Shown: positions 1-13,520, counted from the first letter of the stretch. The stretch: 64,000 nt of DNA from Antedon mediterranea (GCF_964355755.1 NC_092671.1:38450304-38514303), one strand, 5' to 3'. Numbers and translations are program-made. Notes: a model not told the origin generated them from the sequence alone.

Positions 1-228
1 AATTAGTTAAAGTCATGATAATGAGACATAAAATAGTTAAGTTTGCTAATTGATGTTAAGTGTTGTCGGATATAACGTTAATGAAAGAATACCAGACATA
101 TGCCAGATCAAAAAGAAATTAAATTAAAAAAAAAAAAATATTCTACCAGTGAGACAGCACATATTTATAACATCCTGTAATGTTGACAAATGCATAAAAA
201 TGATTAATTTTTAATATTAAAAATGTTG

Positions 229-376
229 GTAGATTTAATGTTCATTGGGTTTCTGATTTCTGAATCATTTTTCTAAGTCAAATATTTATTTAAAAAACAG
301 TATGATGATGAATAAATAAATATTTGACTTAGAAAAATGATTGAGAAATCAGAAACCCAATGAACATTAAATCTAC
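229..376. repeat. Near-perfect inverted repeat (about 62-bp arms, about 24-bp loop)
   Basis: gtagatttaatgttcattgggtttctgatttc...aaatatttatt is mirrored by aataaatatttgacttagaaaaatgattgagaaatcagaaacccaatgaacattaaatctac. Confidence 0.9.
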
Positions 377-1189
377 AATATTCTTCATAAAATATCCTGC
401 AGTTTTAAATTATTCTTTCCAATACTACAACACTATGCAGTGAAAGCAGTTAACAAAATAAAACAGAAACTATATACTGTACAGGTATATTGTTTCAAAC
501 TTTATCAATGGGATAGTAAAGAAATATGACTACATGCGCACTGAACCGAAATTAATATTAATGTTTAAAAAATGGTTCCCACTTAGACACAAAGCAAGGA
601 AATAAGCGCATCTTAAGTAATTTAACCAATCACGACACGATAGCTCATACGTACTGTCGCTTGCGATTGGTCAACTCACTTTACAGAACAGAATAAAACC
701 TTTGTACAATAGGCGATCTATCTTGTACAAGGACAATTGTAATGATTGGTTGGGATGATTGACCTGATTGATGGTCAGTTTTTGTTTTTCACCCTTGTTG
801 ATATCCTAATTTAATTTCAATTTAAAGAAAGTACAAGGTTGGAAGTAAAAGAACAAAGAAATCTTGTAATGAAACCACATTAATTTATAAATGGAACTAC
901 AGTACATTAATGTGGGTATAAACATTAAAACACATGTCAATTAAATGTCTAAGGACAAATACAAACAATGTTGGTTTCATGCCTTGCAGTATTACTGTTT
1001 TTAATATTTTAATTTATCATTTTATTATCTAGCAAGTTTTATTGGGTTTTTATCCATATTTTAAAACTTTTATTTACTAAAAACAGGACCATTATTATGT
1101 AAAATAGGTGCTACATCTAATATCTGTTATGTTTTATCCTGTATAAATGTTTTAAATCAATTTCAAAAAATAAATTTCAAAAAATAGTC

Positions 1190-2171
1190 ATGGGGTGTTT
1201 TGTGAATAGAGGTGTCCTCTTAATAGGGGTGTCCCTTTAATAGAGGGGTTCTCTGAATAGTAGTGCCCATGCTATAATAGGGGTATTCTGTGAATAGGGA
1301 TGCCCTCTTAAATAATAGGGGGTGTCCCTTTTAATAGAGGGGTTCTCTGAATAGTAGTGCCCATGCTTTAATAGGGGTATTCTGTGAATAGGGATGTCCT
1401 CTTAAATAATAGGGGGTGTCCCTTTTAATAGAGGGGTTCTCTGAATAGTAGTGCCCATGCTTTAATAGGGGTATTCTGTGAATAGGGATGTCCTCTTAAA
1501 TAATAGGGATGTCCCTTTAATAGAGGGGTTCTCTGAATAGTAGTGCCCATGCTTTAATAGGGGTATTCTGTGAATAGGGATGTCCTCTTAAATAATAGGG
1601 GTGTCCCTTTTAATAGAGGGGTTCTCTGAATAGTAGTGCCCAAGCTTTAATAGGGATATTCTGTGAATAGGGATGTCCTCTCAATTGGGGTGTCCCTTTA
1701 ATAGGGATGTTCTGAGAATAGTGTTGTCCCCTTAATAAATAGGGATGTCCCTTTAATAGAGGGGTTCTCTGAATAGTAGTGCCCATGCTTTAATAGGGGT
1801 ATTCTGTGAATAGGGATGTCCTCTTAAATAATAGGGGTGTCCCTTTTAATAGAGGGGTTCTCTGAATAGTAGTGCCCATGCTTTAATAGGGGTATTCTGT
1901 GAATAGGGATGTCCTCTTAATTGGGGTGTCCCTTTAATAGGGATTTTCTGAGAATAGTGTTGTCCCCTTAATAAATAGGGATGTCCCTTTAATAGAGGGG
2001 TTCTCTGAATAGTAGTGCCCATGCTTTAATAGGGGTATTCTGTGAATAGGGATGTCCTCTTAATTGGGGTGTCCCTTTAATAGGGATGTTCTGAGAATAG
2101 TGTTGTCCCCTTAATAAATATGGATGTCCCTTTAATAGAGGTGTTCTCTGAATAGGGGTGTTTCTACTGTA
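1190..2171. repeat. Tandem array (92-94 bp and 143 bp units) derived from the subterminal repeats of a Tc1/pogo-type MITE
   Basis: gaggggttctctgaatag recurs at about 1243, 1337, 1431, 1523, 1616, 1759, 1852, 1995 and 2138; the array ends in tttctactgTA (reverse complement TA-CAGTAGAAA, a Tc1/pogo-like end). Confidence 0.8.
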
Positions 2172-3159
2172 TGCATCAATATATTTATCAATAGTAATAT
2201 GACTATTGGTAAATTCAACATTTCCGGAAAATATCAAACAAGAAACTCTCATCAAACATGACATAATGTAAATTTAATCCATGTAATTTCAAATTGATTG
2301 TTTTTTTTCCTCGTGTATTATCACATTTACCAGTAATGTCATGTTGTACATAACAGGATAGAATAATGTGAGGCTGTAAATTACATTAATTTCCGTTGAC
2401 CTCTAATGACCAACTACTAATATCAAATGTTAAACATGTTTTCACTTGAGAGAATGTAACTCAACATGCACATTACAATGTCTAGATAATAATATTTTGT
2501 TTATTATAATTTAATTGCTTACATCACTTCTTCTTTTATATTAGTACAACAATATTTTTTCTTGACAAAACTTTAGATTCACTCACGTGGAAATATGTGA
2601 ATGTCTGAAGTAACAAAATATGAACAAGAAAATTTTGATGATGAATTGAGAAGAATAATATGCAGGGTACATATTAAGTATTGATTGATTTATTTTATGA
2701 TAGTTTAAATGTATTTAAGGGTAAAATTGTTAAATCTCTGTAATGTTCCAATCTTTGTTTATGTTATTGTTGCTTATTTTAATTTATTATTATAGTTTAT
2801 TATGTTTAGATTCAACCTGTTATTGGCGGTTTCATCGCTGTTCGTTGTGAACTGAATAAAATAAATAAATAAAGTAGGTCTTCTTTAACAAATTGTACTA
2901 GTTCATTAAGGCTTAATAACATTGAAAGGCCAAGGATTTGTAAGGAAAATGACATCCGAAAATTACTAATTTTGACAGAACCTCTTCTCTTGCTTCCCTT
3001 GTTCCAAATCCCTAGAAACAGTTTGCGGTTAACACTCCCAAGGTCATTAATTTCTCACATAAATTGAACTGTATATTAAATTTTGTAGTTCATGAATATT
3101 CAAAATTAAATAAATATAATATATGTTGCATGTTTTATTATACTTCATAGTACAAAACT

Positions 3160-3504
3160 GGCAATTTCATGGAATACGCAGCTTTCCACAAGCCACACTT
3201 ACGGAATTAACAGCTTTGAAATTATATCACAAAAAATGTACTTATAATTCTTATGAAGCCGAGTATAAAACTGAATTCAAATAACGGGAGGCAAGCCATG
3301 AATCAATGTTTCGATCTATATTTGATCGTCATCAGGAATGAACAAATAAAGATCAAAACATTGATTCATGGCTTTGCCTCTAGTTACTTGAATTCAGTTT
3401 TATACTTGGCTTCATAAGAGTTATTTTTTGTGATATAATTTCAAAGCGATTAATAATTCAGTAAGTGTGGCTTGTGTAAAGCTGCGTTACTCCATGAATT
3501 TGCC
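3160..3504. mobile_element. Fold-back (palindromic) element, probably derived from a Penelope pseudo-LTR, with a hammerhead-like core at the apex
   Basis: About 165-bp arms (ggcaatttcatgga... / ...tccatgaatttgcc); minus strand 3335-3308 reads CTGATGA-C-GATC-aaatata-GATC-GAAAC. Confidence 0.6.
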
Positions 3505-3721
3505 TCTTAGCAATCTGCATCAACTAAATATAATGTAAGGTTACACCGAAACTCAGCGTGACAACTCAAAAACTTAACTGACCCAATCGAACAAAGCTTT
3601 CAATGGAGACATATCCAGCAGTGGATTCATACATCGTAATCTGACAGAAGTAGTTTTTAGCTTATTTGTTTTCTACTAAATAAATTGTACAAACTCTTGT
3701 AATATAAATCATTACTACTAC

Positions 3722-3806
3722 TCAGTGGAAATCTTCCTTCGGGACACTCCTATTCATGGGATATCCCCATTCAAGGGACACTCCTACTAAGAAGATATTT
3801 TACTGT
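3722..3806. mobile_element. Short degenerate MITE related to the 1190-2171 array
   Basis: cagtggaaat...gggacactcctatt...aagggacactcc...ttttactg. Confidence 0.45.
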
Positions 3807-4442
3807 GAAACGGATGATTAATAATATATATATTTTAACTACGGCCAATTCATATTCAGTTTCATATTTCAATTTCAATTTCGAAGGTGTACTGTGTTAT
3901 TAAAACGGTTTTATTTATTTAACGGTTCTGCCATAATGAAATATATTCTATTCTATGAGTTAAAAATCTGTTGTTTTTTATCTATCTTTGTTTTTGATCT
4001 ATCTACGTTTTTAACTTTGATTCAACTCTGAGCTTTATTTATTCATAAAGTTAAAAGGCCTAGAGCAGTAGTTTTGTCGAAAGCTGCTTCTTTCTACAAC
4101 TGCGTACAATGCTTTCTATCAAACTAAAGAATGTTTTCTAACATAACAAGCACATGAATTAAAGAACATTATTTACAGGTGTCATCCACCAAAAGGTTTT
4201 CTCCTGTACCACAACTGAGCCTCTGAATGTCATCTTATTTGACATACTACCAGCAATGAATGAAAACACAAAACAGGTGAAAGTTATATATCATTATTTA
4301 CAATCATTTGATGAAAGGAAAGTACTTAGAATTTATACAAATCAAGAAATTAAATCAATGAGCTGTCACTGTAAAAAGTGACAAGTATATGGTAGATCAG
4401 GAAAGGGGGCACTCAGTGATAGGAAGGTCACACCCCGACATA

Positions 4443-5269
4443 GGCCCTGTTTCTGCTGCCAAGAAAATACCGTATTTTATACGGTATTTTTTGAATACCG
4501 TATATATACCATATTTTTTTTGCAGCAGAAACTGCGGTCATAAAAAAATACCGTATTTTCCCCACAAAATTTGTGGATAAAATAGGCATTTACAAATTTT
4601 ATACCGTATTTTTTTACTTTTTTCTGCTGCCAATAAAAAATACTGTATGTTTTTTACCTGCGACATGAGGTCAACATCGTGTTTTTATTTTTTGTCGCTG
4701 TCAGCTGTTTACACACGTGTATAGATATATTCGGCGAAAATGTGGAGCGAAGATGTCACTGTATTTACTATTTAAATCTGTGTGGGGAAGCAGGGGTGGG
4801 GAAGGAGGGGGTTGAGAAGGAGGGGGTGGGGAAGCTAAAATGTCCGGCAAACTAAAAGGTAATGAAAGGGACAACCACATTTATAAAGACATTTCTAAAA
4901 AAGTAAAGCAGGAGTACGGAATAGACTTGTCTCCAAAGCAAGTAAACTCAAAGCTGAAGAGCCTGCGAAAGCAGACGTACAACATTGCAAAAGACAACAA
5001 CTCGGGGAGGCAACGAATTACTTGTCCCCATTACGATGTTTTCTGTGCTCTCATAACATCTCTATCACTAGGGCTTTGAACTTAAACTTCCTTTATTACG
5101 ACTTTTAATTATCGACAAAATAAATGATTGGCAATTTGGGTAAAAAAGATGAAATTTAACACGACCACCCAAGAAGTATTGTTAGCAGAAACGGGGTACT
5201 AAAAAATACGGTATAAAAAATACCATATTTTTATACCGTATTTTGAGCCGTTGTAGCAGAAACAGGCCC
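4443..5269 (+). mobile_element. Non-autonomous PIF/Harbinger deletion derivative carrying a Myb/SANT-like ORF remnant
   Basis: TIRs GGCCCTGTTTCTGCTGC / GTAGCAGAAACAGGCCC, 3-bp TSD ATA on both sides, repeated subterminal ATACCGTAT/ATACGGTAT. Confidence 0.85.
4740..5079 (+). pseudogene. Disrupted Myb/SANT-like (trihelix, Myb_DNA-bind_4-type) Harbinger DNA-binding protein
   Basis: MWSEDVT...WG followed by RDNHIYKDISKKVKQEYGIDLSPKQVNSKLKSLRKQTYNIAKDNNSGRQRITCPHYD matches the trihelix pattern; frameshifted, with a G-rich insertion. Confidence 0.75.
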
Positions 5270-5369
5270 ATAGTGATTGAGAGAAGTAGTATAGACACAT
5301 TCTGATGCAGACAAGAATTGTCACGTCTTCTGTTTTAACAATAAATTGTTAGAATCGAACAAAAACCAC

Positions 5370-5695
5370 ACATTTCATACACATCCAATAACAGCAAATA
5401 AGTCACCAATTACAGCATGGATAATGATATCGTGCTTATAAGCAATTTCTCGCTCAAGGCTTTGAAAGTGAAGTGAAGTAGAATCAGTTTAAACTTTGGC
5501 ACTAGGTTAGAATTGAACCGTGGACCATGGGATCGGAATTTTTAGCCACCAAAAACTGAAGAACTTCAGCAAATCGCAGACTAAGGTTACGAATAGGAGG
5601 GTGCTGCTCTACAACAAGCTACAGTACTCTTAGCAACCACAAACATCTAATTATTTCCAGTTGCAGATTTGTTGAAAACAAGTCGAAACGTTGCA
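5370..5695 (+). mobile_element. Decayed Penelope-like element 3' end (GIY-YIG C-terminus plus pLTR hammerhead remnant)
   Basis: Degenerate ...MDNDIVL...ELNRG.G.E coding trace, then hairpin GATTTGTT-gaa-AACAAGTC followed by GAAACGTT. Confidence 0.45.
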
Positions 5696-6471
5696 CACAT
5701 ACATATTCATGAATAGTTTAACATAAAGAATTATATACAGATAGTTAATATAAAAACTAGATGAAAACACCAAGCCACAGCTTCACTACAAAATATATCA
5801 CTAATAATTAGGAAATTATGTGAAAAAAAAAGATTTAATTTGTTTTTGTCTCAGGATTCGTTTTTCTAAATCAACTGTGATTTTGGTTTCTTTCCTGTAA
5901 GTAAAATAATTCATGACTTCTGTCTGTGAACTAATAAAGAATATAAATGAAATAGAGAAAGATCAATCAGTGGAATGATGATAGACCTGTTGGTACAGCC
6001 TTATAACCTCCCTCTGGAATTCAAACAATTGTCCTAAGCTGGTTGATAGACTGAAATGCCAGCAGGTGATCATATAAACCATAATGAGAACATGTATTTC
6101 CAATGTTCTGTAATTACGGCCTGGAATCATTCCAAACATCGACACAAAAGGACAATCAAGTATTGTATTAAACAACGATTTTCTCAATGAAGTTCGGAAA
6201 CTTATATAATTATATCAACGACCACTAGAGTATTGTGTAGATTCGCATCTTGTAAGCACTGCAATGACGTAACTTCCTAATAATAAGACGATTACTTAAT
6301 TATTAGACGTTACACATTACATATTGCTCATTGCTTGGTGCCAAGGTATTTGAAAACAACTTTTAATATTAATAAATATAGTTCTCTGAAGACCACTTAG
6401 GACAGACACTACATCTCTTGTTCTTTCTAAACAGCAAATGAACATTAAAAAGATCTATACTGTAGTAATGT

Positions 6472-6690
6472 AAAAATAATAATAATAATTTAGGCATGTA
6501 TAGCACATTATTCAAAAGCCTCAATGTGCTTAAAACAAAATAAAAATGCCAAAAAAATCAAGAAGAATGAGTTGAAAAGGAGAGTTTTTCAAGCTGCCTT
6601 AAAAAAGAAATTGAATTGAAAAGTTGCCAGATAGGTAGAGATTGGGTAAACAATTCCAAAAGAGGCATAAGAAAAAGAACAAAAACCATT
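6472..6690 (-). mobile_element. L2-like LINE/SINE 3' tail remnant
   Basis: (aat)n followed by tatagcacatt...ctcaatgtgctt and gagtttttcaagctgccttaaa, resembling the reverse complement of an L2 3' end. Confidence 0.4.
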
Positions 6691-9195
6691 AAAGTATAAG
6701 GCATTTATTTCTGTTTTTTTATTATTAATTTTATTCATGTTCAACCTCCAAATGAATAAAATGTAACAAGCACGGAAAACACATGGCCCTGGCTTCAACA
6801 GACAGGAAGTTAATAGCAGTTACTAAAAGCAAAAGATGTTGTGAATAAAGTTCAGGAAATTATCTAATGGGGCTGAAAGAAAATAACATTAAAGGTATAT
6901 GTTATGAGAATATGTTTTTAGGATGAGACTTAAATGAGGCTTTAACTTAATCAGTCAGCCTTGATTTCAATGTCTAAATTCATAGGGTGTCTCCTAGGGA
7001 CCACCTACAAAATTCCTACCTAACTCCAAAAGGCTGAGGTTATAAACCTTCTGTATGCAAGTCTGTATGAAACTTAAAACAAATTTGATTAAAAATTTAG
7101 AATCTCCTCTAAAAAAAAGGATATTCTTTCTATCTATGAATTCAAACATATTTGTAACAGTAGTATTTTTATCATAAATAATTAATTTGTCTGGCCTTCC
7201 AAAAAAAGTTTTACTAAAATTCATTGACCATGATTGTAAAAACCAGATGTTCCTCAATTACCAATTATTGCTGGCCTCAGCAGAATTCCAACCAATCACA
7301 GACTGACACAAGCATGAAGTCCCTAGCTATGCAAATTAGTTTCTATTCTAAGGTTTCTGATTGGTCAAAAGTAATAGGGTCACTGGATACAATTTGATTG
7401 TAAAAATCACCAGGGAAAGAAATTGTCATCGCCCACTAACAGTGAGATTATTAAAGATCACAACACAGTGGATAAAAGGCCATAAGGTTAACACTAAACA
7501 ATTAGTTTATCCATGGATCACAGTACATCACAAATTGTATCTCTTTCTTAATAATTTGCCAGATTTAAAACTTGTAGACGCAGTTTACAGGCGCGGTTAC
7601 TAGCCAAGTTAAGAAAATAATGGGAGATAACTCACACCCATTGAATGATAAATATGTTGTAATTAAAAATCAGGTAGAATTCGTCCTTTAATGTGCAATA
7701 CCAGTCTATGTAGGAAATAATTTGTCCACAACTCTATTCATGTTTCCAACTCAACATTTCAAAGATAGCTTGTTTACTACTGTATATAGTTTTAATGTAT
7801 TGTATTGATTTTTAATGTTTTATATATTGTAGGTGTTTTTAAGCATCTAAGGACAACCAATTTCATGTTCACCTGGTTGTTATCATGACAATAATAAAGA
7901 TTTATCTTATCTTATCTTACAAATATAAAGTTTGGAAAGAAACAGGGAGTTACAGAAAAACTATTATACTGTTAAGAGTGAATAAAGCAGTATGATTAAC
8001 CTTATTTTTACTTGTTTACATCTGTTGTTAAACCTGTTGTTTAACCTCGCTTCATTCTACTATTAACTTCTATAGTTGGTCTTGTTTCTGCTGTGAGGAA
8101 GTAACTAGTTAGTGGGAATAATTTATTCTCATTTTCTTGGCAGTACATAGAACATGAGGAAAATTGTCAAATAACTGGTTAAAATGTCGTTCTCAAACGG
8201 TTAAAAAAACTGATGGGTCTGCTCAACTAAAGATTTCAGATTTCAATTTATTTTCAAAATTTCACAAGATTATTTGATTTAAATAGTTAACAACAACAAC
8301 AACCAAAAGAGCAAAGCCGTTTTTATATGAAAATAAAAACATGACAATGACAGGAAAATAAATAATGGGAAGGGGGTTAGGTTGGCAAAGGCAAAAACTA
8401 CGACTATGTACTACTTTGTGGCTTAACAGGTAATGCTTGAGTGCTCTCGGCTTTCTCTAGAGTGGGTTCGAACCTCTACGGATATATTTTTTTTTTTGGA
8501 GTAAGAGCAGTTTTCTGTTTGGGCTCATGCCTATTACTTGCTCTTGGCAAGATGAAATTTAAAATTATTATTGTTATTATTATTATTAAAACATATGCAT
8601 CTAAATTTGAGTTGTATTTGTGTTCTATAATTACAGTAAATAGGATCAATTCTTAAAACTTTAACTTTAATCTATCACCACTTGTATACTCAAAAAATGA
8701 TTCACATTATCTGTTTTGTGGATTTCAGTTAAGGAGTTTTTACACACAGTTAAAGGGATTAACATGTCTATGAGAGATATATAAAAATATGATCTTCTTC
8801 TGTAATAATAATCTTTTTTCGGGTGAAACAAAGGCTATTTTGTGACAAAACAGCATGTTTATCTAAGGATATCAGCGGCAAAGAAAAAAGTGGTTATTTT
8901 TATACAAAATAAAATTCAATAAAAGTAATTAAGGATAATTGCACAATGCACCATGTATACTTCCTTTTAACCTATCAAAATTGATTGTTTATTCAGCCAC
9001 AGTAACTTCAAACAATCTACTAATAAGCGGAAAATAGTGAGGATTACCGTAAAACAGACTAGTATTACTTTTCAAGTGTTGAAAATAAAGATAATCGCTG
9101 AGCCGTGTTACCACAAACATTTGTTTCAAGATATAAATAATTAAAATGATTAAATTGACCAATTAGGATGTGGCTTTGTTTATTCTAGTCACAAG

Positions 9196-9352
9196 CAGTG
9201 ATTTAACGGCTATGAACACTCACTGGCTAAACCCAGGGGTCCCAGAGCTTTAGGGGTCCCAGAGCATGAGCAGTCTCAATGTAACTACCCAGTGTTGGAG
9301 GGCCCTTAGGAGTGCTAAACCAGGGGCCTTTGCCACCTGCGTTAAGCCATTG
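9196..9352. mobile_element. hAT-type MITE
   Basis: TIRs CAGTGATTTAACG / CGTTAAGCCATTG, 8-bp TSD GTCACAAG/GTCACATG, internal GGGCCC/GGGGTCCC motifs. Confidence 0.7.
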
Positions 9353-12300
9353 GTCACATGAAACACTGATCTTTATTTTGTAATCTTAAGTTTTGGGCCT
9401 CGTTTTGGGAACATTTATGTTGTTTGTCATATGTTATACGCTATTTATCTTTGGTAGAGATCCGTAGTCAGAACCTAATTATTGCATGAAATGTCCTTTT
9501 GTCCTAAGAGACCAGCAGTAATAAAGGCCTAGGTAGGTTAGTCTAGCGATTTTGTCCTTTTTGTGGAAAACAACCTATCTAAAGATCATTAATTATTATA
9601 TTGCTTCTGTTTAAACACCCTGATTATCTTTTGATGAAGGTTTTACACAAATGATCACACTTAAAAAACAATTACTTTAAAACTTTTTCCACCATGCTTA
9701 TCCAATCATATTTTAAGAATAGAAACTTTAAATCATTTACCAGTTTAGATGACAAATGCATGCTAATCTTTGTCCAGTCCAGGGGTGACTTTAATCTTTT
9801 AACGAGAACAGCTGGTACTTAGCTTAATAAGGCTCTTTATTTGAGTTGAAAGTATCACTGGACTGGACTAAAATCTGGACCTGATTTTAACCTTTGTATA
9901 CAACATTTGTTAAATACACACATTTCTCTACAGGCTACAACATCTGATAACAATATCTCCATTCTCCAATATAAATACTGCAGTAAAGTATAATCATACA
10001 TTCAATGGTCAGCAAATTGAAAATGTCACTGATAACATCAACTGTTGTTGACTTGACAATGAAACACTGCCCTCAAGTGTATAGACATTTATAAAACTTT
10101 TTCTAAAGTTCTTAAAACTTCTATTTTAGAAACCTCTTGTTGCGGCAGTTATTTTTAGTATAATTTACAAGAAATAAATAAATAATAATAATAAATAAGA
10201 AATAAAAGAATACTGTTAATAAAATATAGTTAACTTTACTCTTTGTTTAGTAGTTTATAATCTTTATAAATGGGGATAAAGTAAAAATTTAAGCAGTATA
10301 ACATGGTCAATTATATTAATAAATAATATGTTTAATTTCTGCTTTATAATATAATCTGCACGTTTCGTATTGAAATTAATAATTCAAAGCATGTATGATG
10401 GTATTGCGCAATGCTTTGATAATCGTCAGGTGTCTTATACTGATGGGAACATACTAAATTTAGCAAATGACTTCAATAACAATATTAATTACCTATCATA
10501 ATGTATTCTTTTCTTTCAGTTAACAAAACATTAACAAAAAAGAATAATAAATAAACTACAGGTGCGAACATTCTTGAGCGCCAAAGAGTGTCAACAGTTT
10601 ATTTAACAAAAATGAATAAGAAAAGGAGGAAGATCCAACAAAAAATATAACAGAATGTACAAATAATAGTTAAGATCAGCAAACACAAACAAAAATGTCC
10701 TTATAAAGACCCGCAGCTCTAGTTTTCAAAAAGTTCTCAAATTGCCGCTTCCCCATCCAGACAGCAACCAGTCTACACCTCTGATCATGAAATCAGAAGA
10801 ATATGAACAAGGTGAAACTAGACTAAGGTTGAGATATATTTTATTTTATTCACTTATACAGTTAATTTACACGCTGTACATGAATCCACCTAACCCCAAT
10901 CCCAGGCGACATGTGACCTTCAAAGGGGCAATACTAAATTTAATTTTTATGTCACTAATATATCAAACATACAGTATGTGAGAAAATTCGGTTTTTCAGT
11001 GGTTTAGCCTGTTTCCTCTTATTTTTTACTCTAGATTTATTTCAAATGTTATCGTAACATGGGAATGGTTCGCATGAAATAAAACTTACACCTGGGTATA
11101 ACAAGAGAGCATAATAACTCTTTTTGATTGATTGATGGTTTTCTCCATCTGAACAGGTTAAGACTGCCATTTGCATAGGTGCACAACAGACCGACATTTC
11201 ACTGCGGTGGCAAAAAAACTTGTTAACATTTATATTCAAAAGTTATGACCATAATAATAATAAGATTTATAGAGCGCACATATCCACAAAGTGCTCAAGG
11301 CGCTTGTGGAAATCATACCATACCATAGTTAATATATATGGCAGGGATCAGAATCAATCCATTCCAAAGTATTCTCTGAGCATACATATTTAAATGAAAT
11401 GAGTGTAAGTCCAAAGTTAGTCCATCTGGTCCATCTTAGAGAACCTAATCCAAATTGCCTCAGTTGAGGATCAATATAACAACAAAAAAAGCAAAAATAC
11501 TATCATGTCCCAATATGTAGGTTGACTATGTGACAACATTTATAGCTTTACCAGTAATGTGGAGGTAACATAAAAACTATTCATCTTTATTATGGCCCCA
11601 GAATGTCATTTATTGATGTTGGAGCACGAGGTGACATTAATGAAATCATGTTTTTCAAGAAAGTCCATTATATTTTTAATAATATATAATGCTAAAAATA
11701 TTTGAATAATTCCAACATTACGTGCTGAAATTATTTCAAGTTAAAATTGTGTCCTACAATTTAGGGTTAATGATTAATTATTTGCTTTTTCCAAGAGCTG
11801 AAAAATTATAGTGTGTATATAACACATTGTTATGATTGTGACCATCAAGTTGAAAATGGCCAAAACAAAATGGCTACTTCCAAAGGTAAAAGAAACCTGT
11901 ATTACTGTCTAATAAAACTCTGTGTATAGTTTCTGTAACTTTCTAACCTTAGAATTGACCATATTTGCATGTTCATGAAGAGGAAAGCAAGCGCAACTCA
12001 TTAATGTACTCTTTATATAGTTAATCATATTTCTATGAAATCCACAACATGACTTGAAAGTGCATTTTCTAGACATCGATAAAAGTTGGTATGAATCCAA
12101 AAAAAGTGCCGTAAAATGTGTGGATGTTATAGTTACAAATGTAGTTTGTACACTGCTGAAATATAGGCTACCTGTAATAGCATTTAGCACATACAACTTG
12201 GCCTGGAGTGTTCCCTAAGGGGCTCAGTAGACATTTGTCAAGGGGATTTTATTAGATTCATAACCTCTTTAAATGCCATCTTGTATGGCCTGACAACTGG

Positions 12301-13149
12301 TCTCTAGTGCTTGTCTGAAGTGCTGCCTGTATTACTAGGCTTTAGAACATTTCAACATATTAAAAATAAACATTATGAAATGTGTTATTTACCTATCTGC
12401 CAAATGTATAAATTAATGGTAATTTGAATGAGTTATAATTTATATACTGTGTTTAATTATGTAATCTACTTCAATAAATGTTTTCTGTAACAGAATTTAA
12501 ACAGTAAAGTAAGCATATTTATTTTATTTATTTTTATTTTATGTCTTTAGGCAATGTGGCCAAGGATTATATCTGATTGTGTTATATGTCTTCTGGAAAA
12601 TAAATGAATTGAATTGAATTACCAATAGTGAATTAATCACTGTCCTATCAGATAGGTGGTAATCCCCCTGATACAGGGGCTGTTATATTTTATGATAAAC
12701 TTTTTATTATCACTAAAACCAAGAAACAATAATCTCCATAAATTTGTTGGTATATTACATAATTATTATGTAATCCAGCAAGGAAATTTCTAGTGATTTC
12801 TCTCAGAAATAAATATTTATTGAACTATCAATGGTTTATCATGAAAACAAGAAAAAATGAATTTATATCTCAAAATAAGCATTTAATTCAGGTTTGTTGC
12901 ATTCATTTTCAAAGTATCAAAAATAGAATAACATCATTTAGAAGGTGCTAAGTCACAGTGACGAGTGAGCATACCTAATCGGCAGTAAGACAAAGAAGGT
13001 GCCTTATCATGGCATTAATAAGGAAATTCAAACAAAAGACTACCCTATTGTGTTTTCTCAATTATGATTTAGAAATATTAAAAAAAATTAACAAGGTTAG
13101 GTTAACGGTAAATTGCAACAATCCCAATATTTCTTTTTAAATAAAATTT

Positions 13150-13520
13150 AATTAAAAAAAATATTGACGTTATGGAACCATTCTCAAGAAGAAATGAGTA
13201 AAATTAACAACCAAACAAAATACAAAGCACCAAAAGGTGACAGGAAATTTAAACAATTAGAAAAAAAGTTGAAAAGCTGAATAAGATAAGCTCCTCCTCT
13301 CGTTAATTATTAAACAATTTTGATTGAGTCATTTTGTTTGTTAAGAGACGGTCTCAACTCTTTTATCCAAAGTATTTAATTAATTAAGCAATCAAATTTA
13401 GATTGCACAATACTTTGAAATAATTGACTGTATTAGTAGGACTGATATCATGATTTCTTAGATGTTGTCCTATGATATCTTTTTGCAAAAGAAATTGATT
13501 AAAAAACATAAATAGGCACC
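13150..13520 (-). mobile_element. Penelope-like retroelement remnant (GIY-YIG C-terminus)
   Basis: Minus strand, with frameshifts: IIGQHLRNHD...YFKVLC...DCLI...LWIKELRPSLNKQNDSIK, typical of Penelope ORF C-termini. Confidence 0.7.

Noticed and set aside
5963-7603. Short ORFs as host exons
   Set aside because: No recognisable product or consistent splice chain; partly decayed LINE-like sequence.
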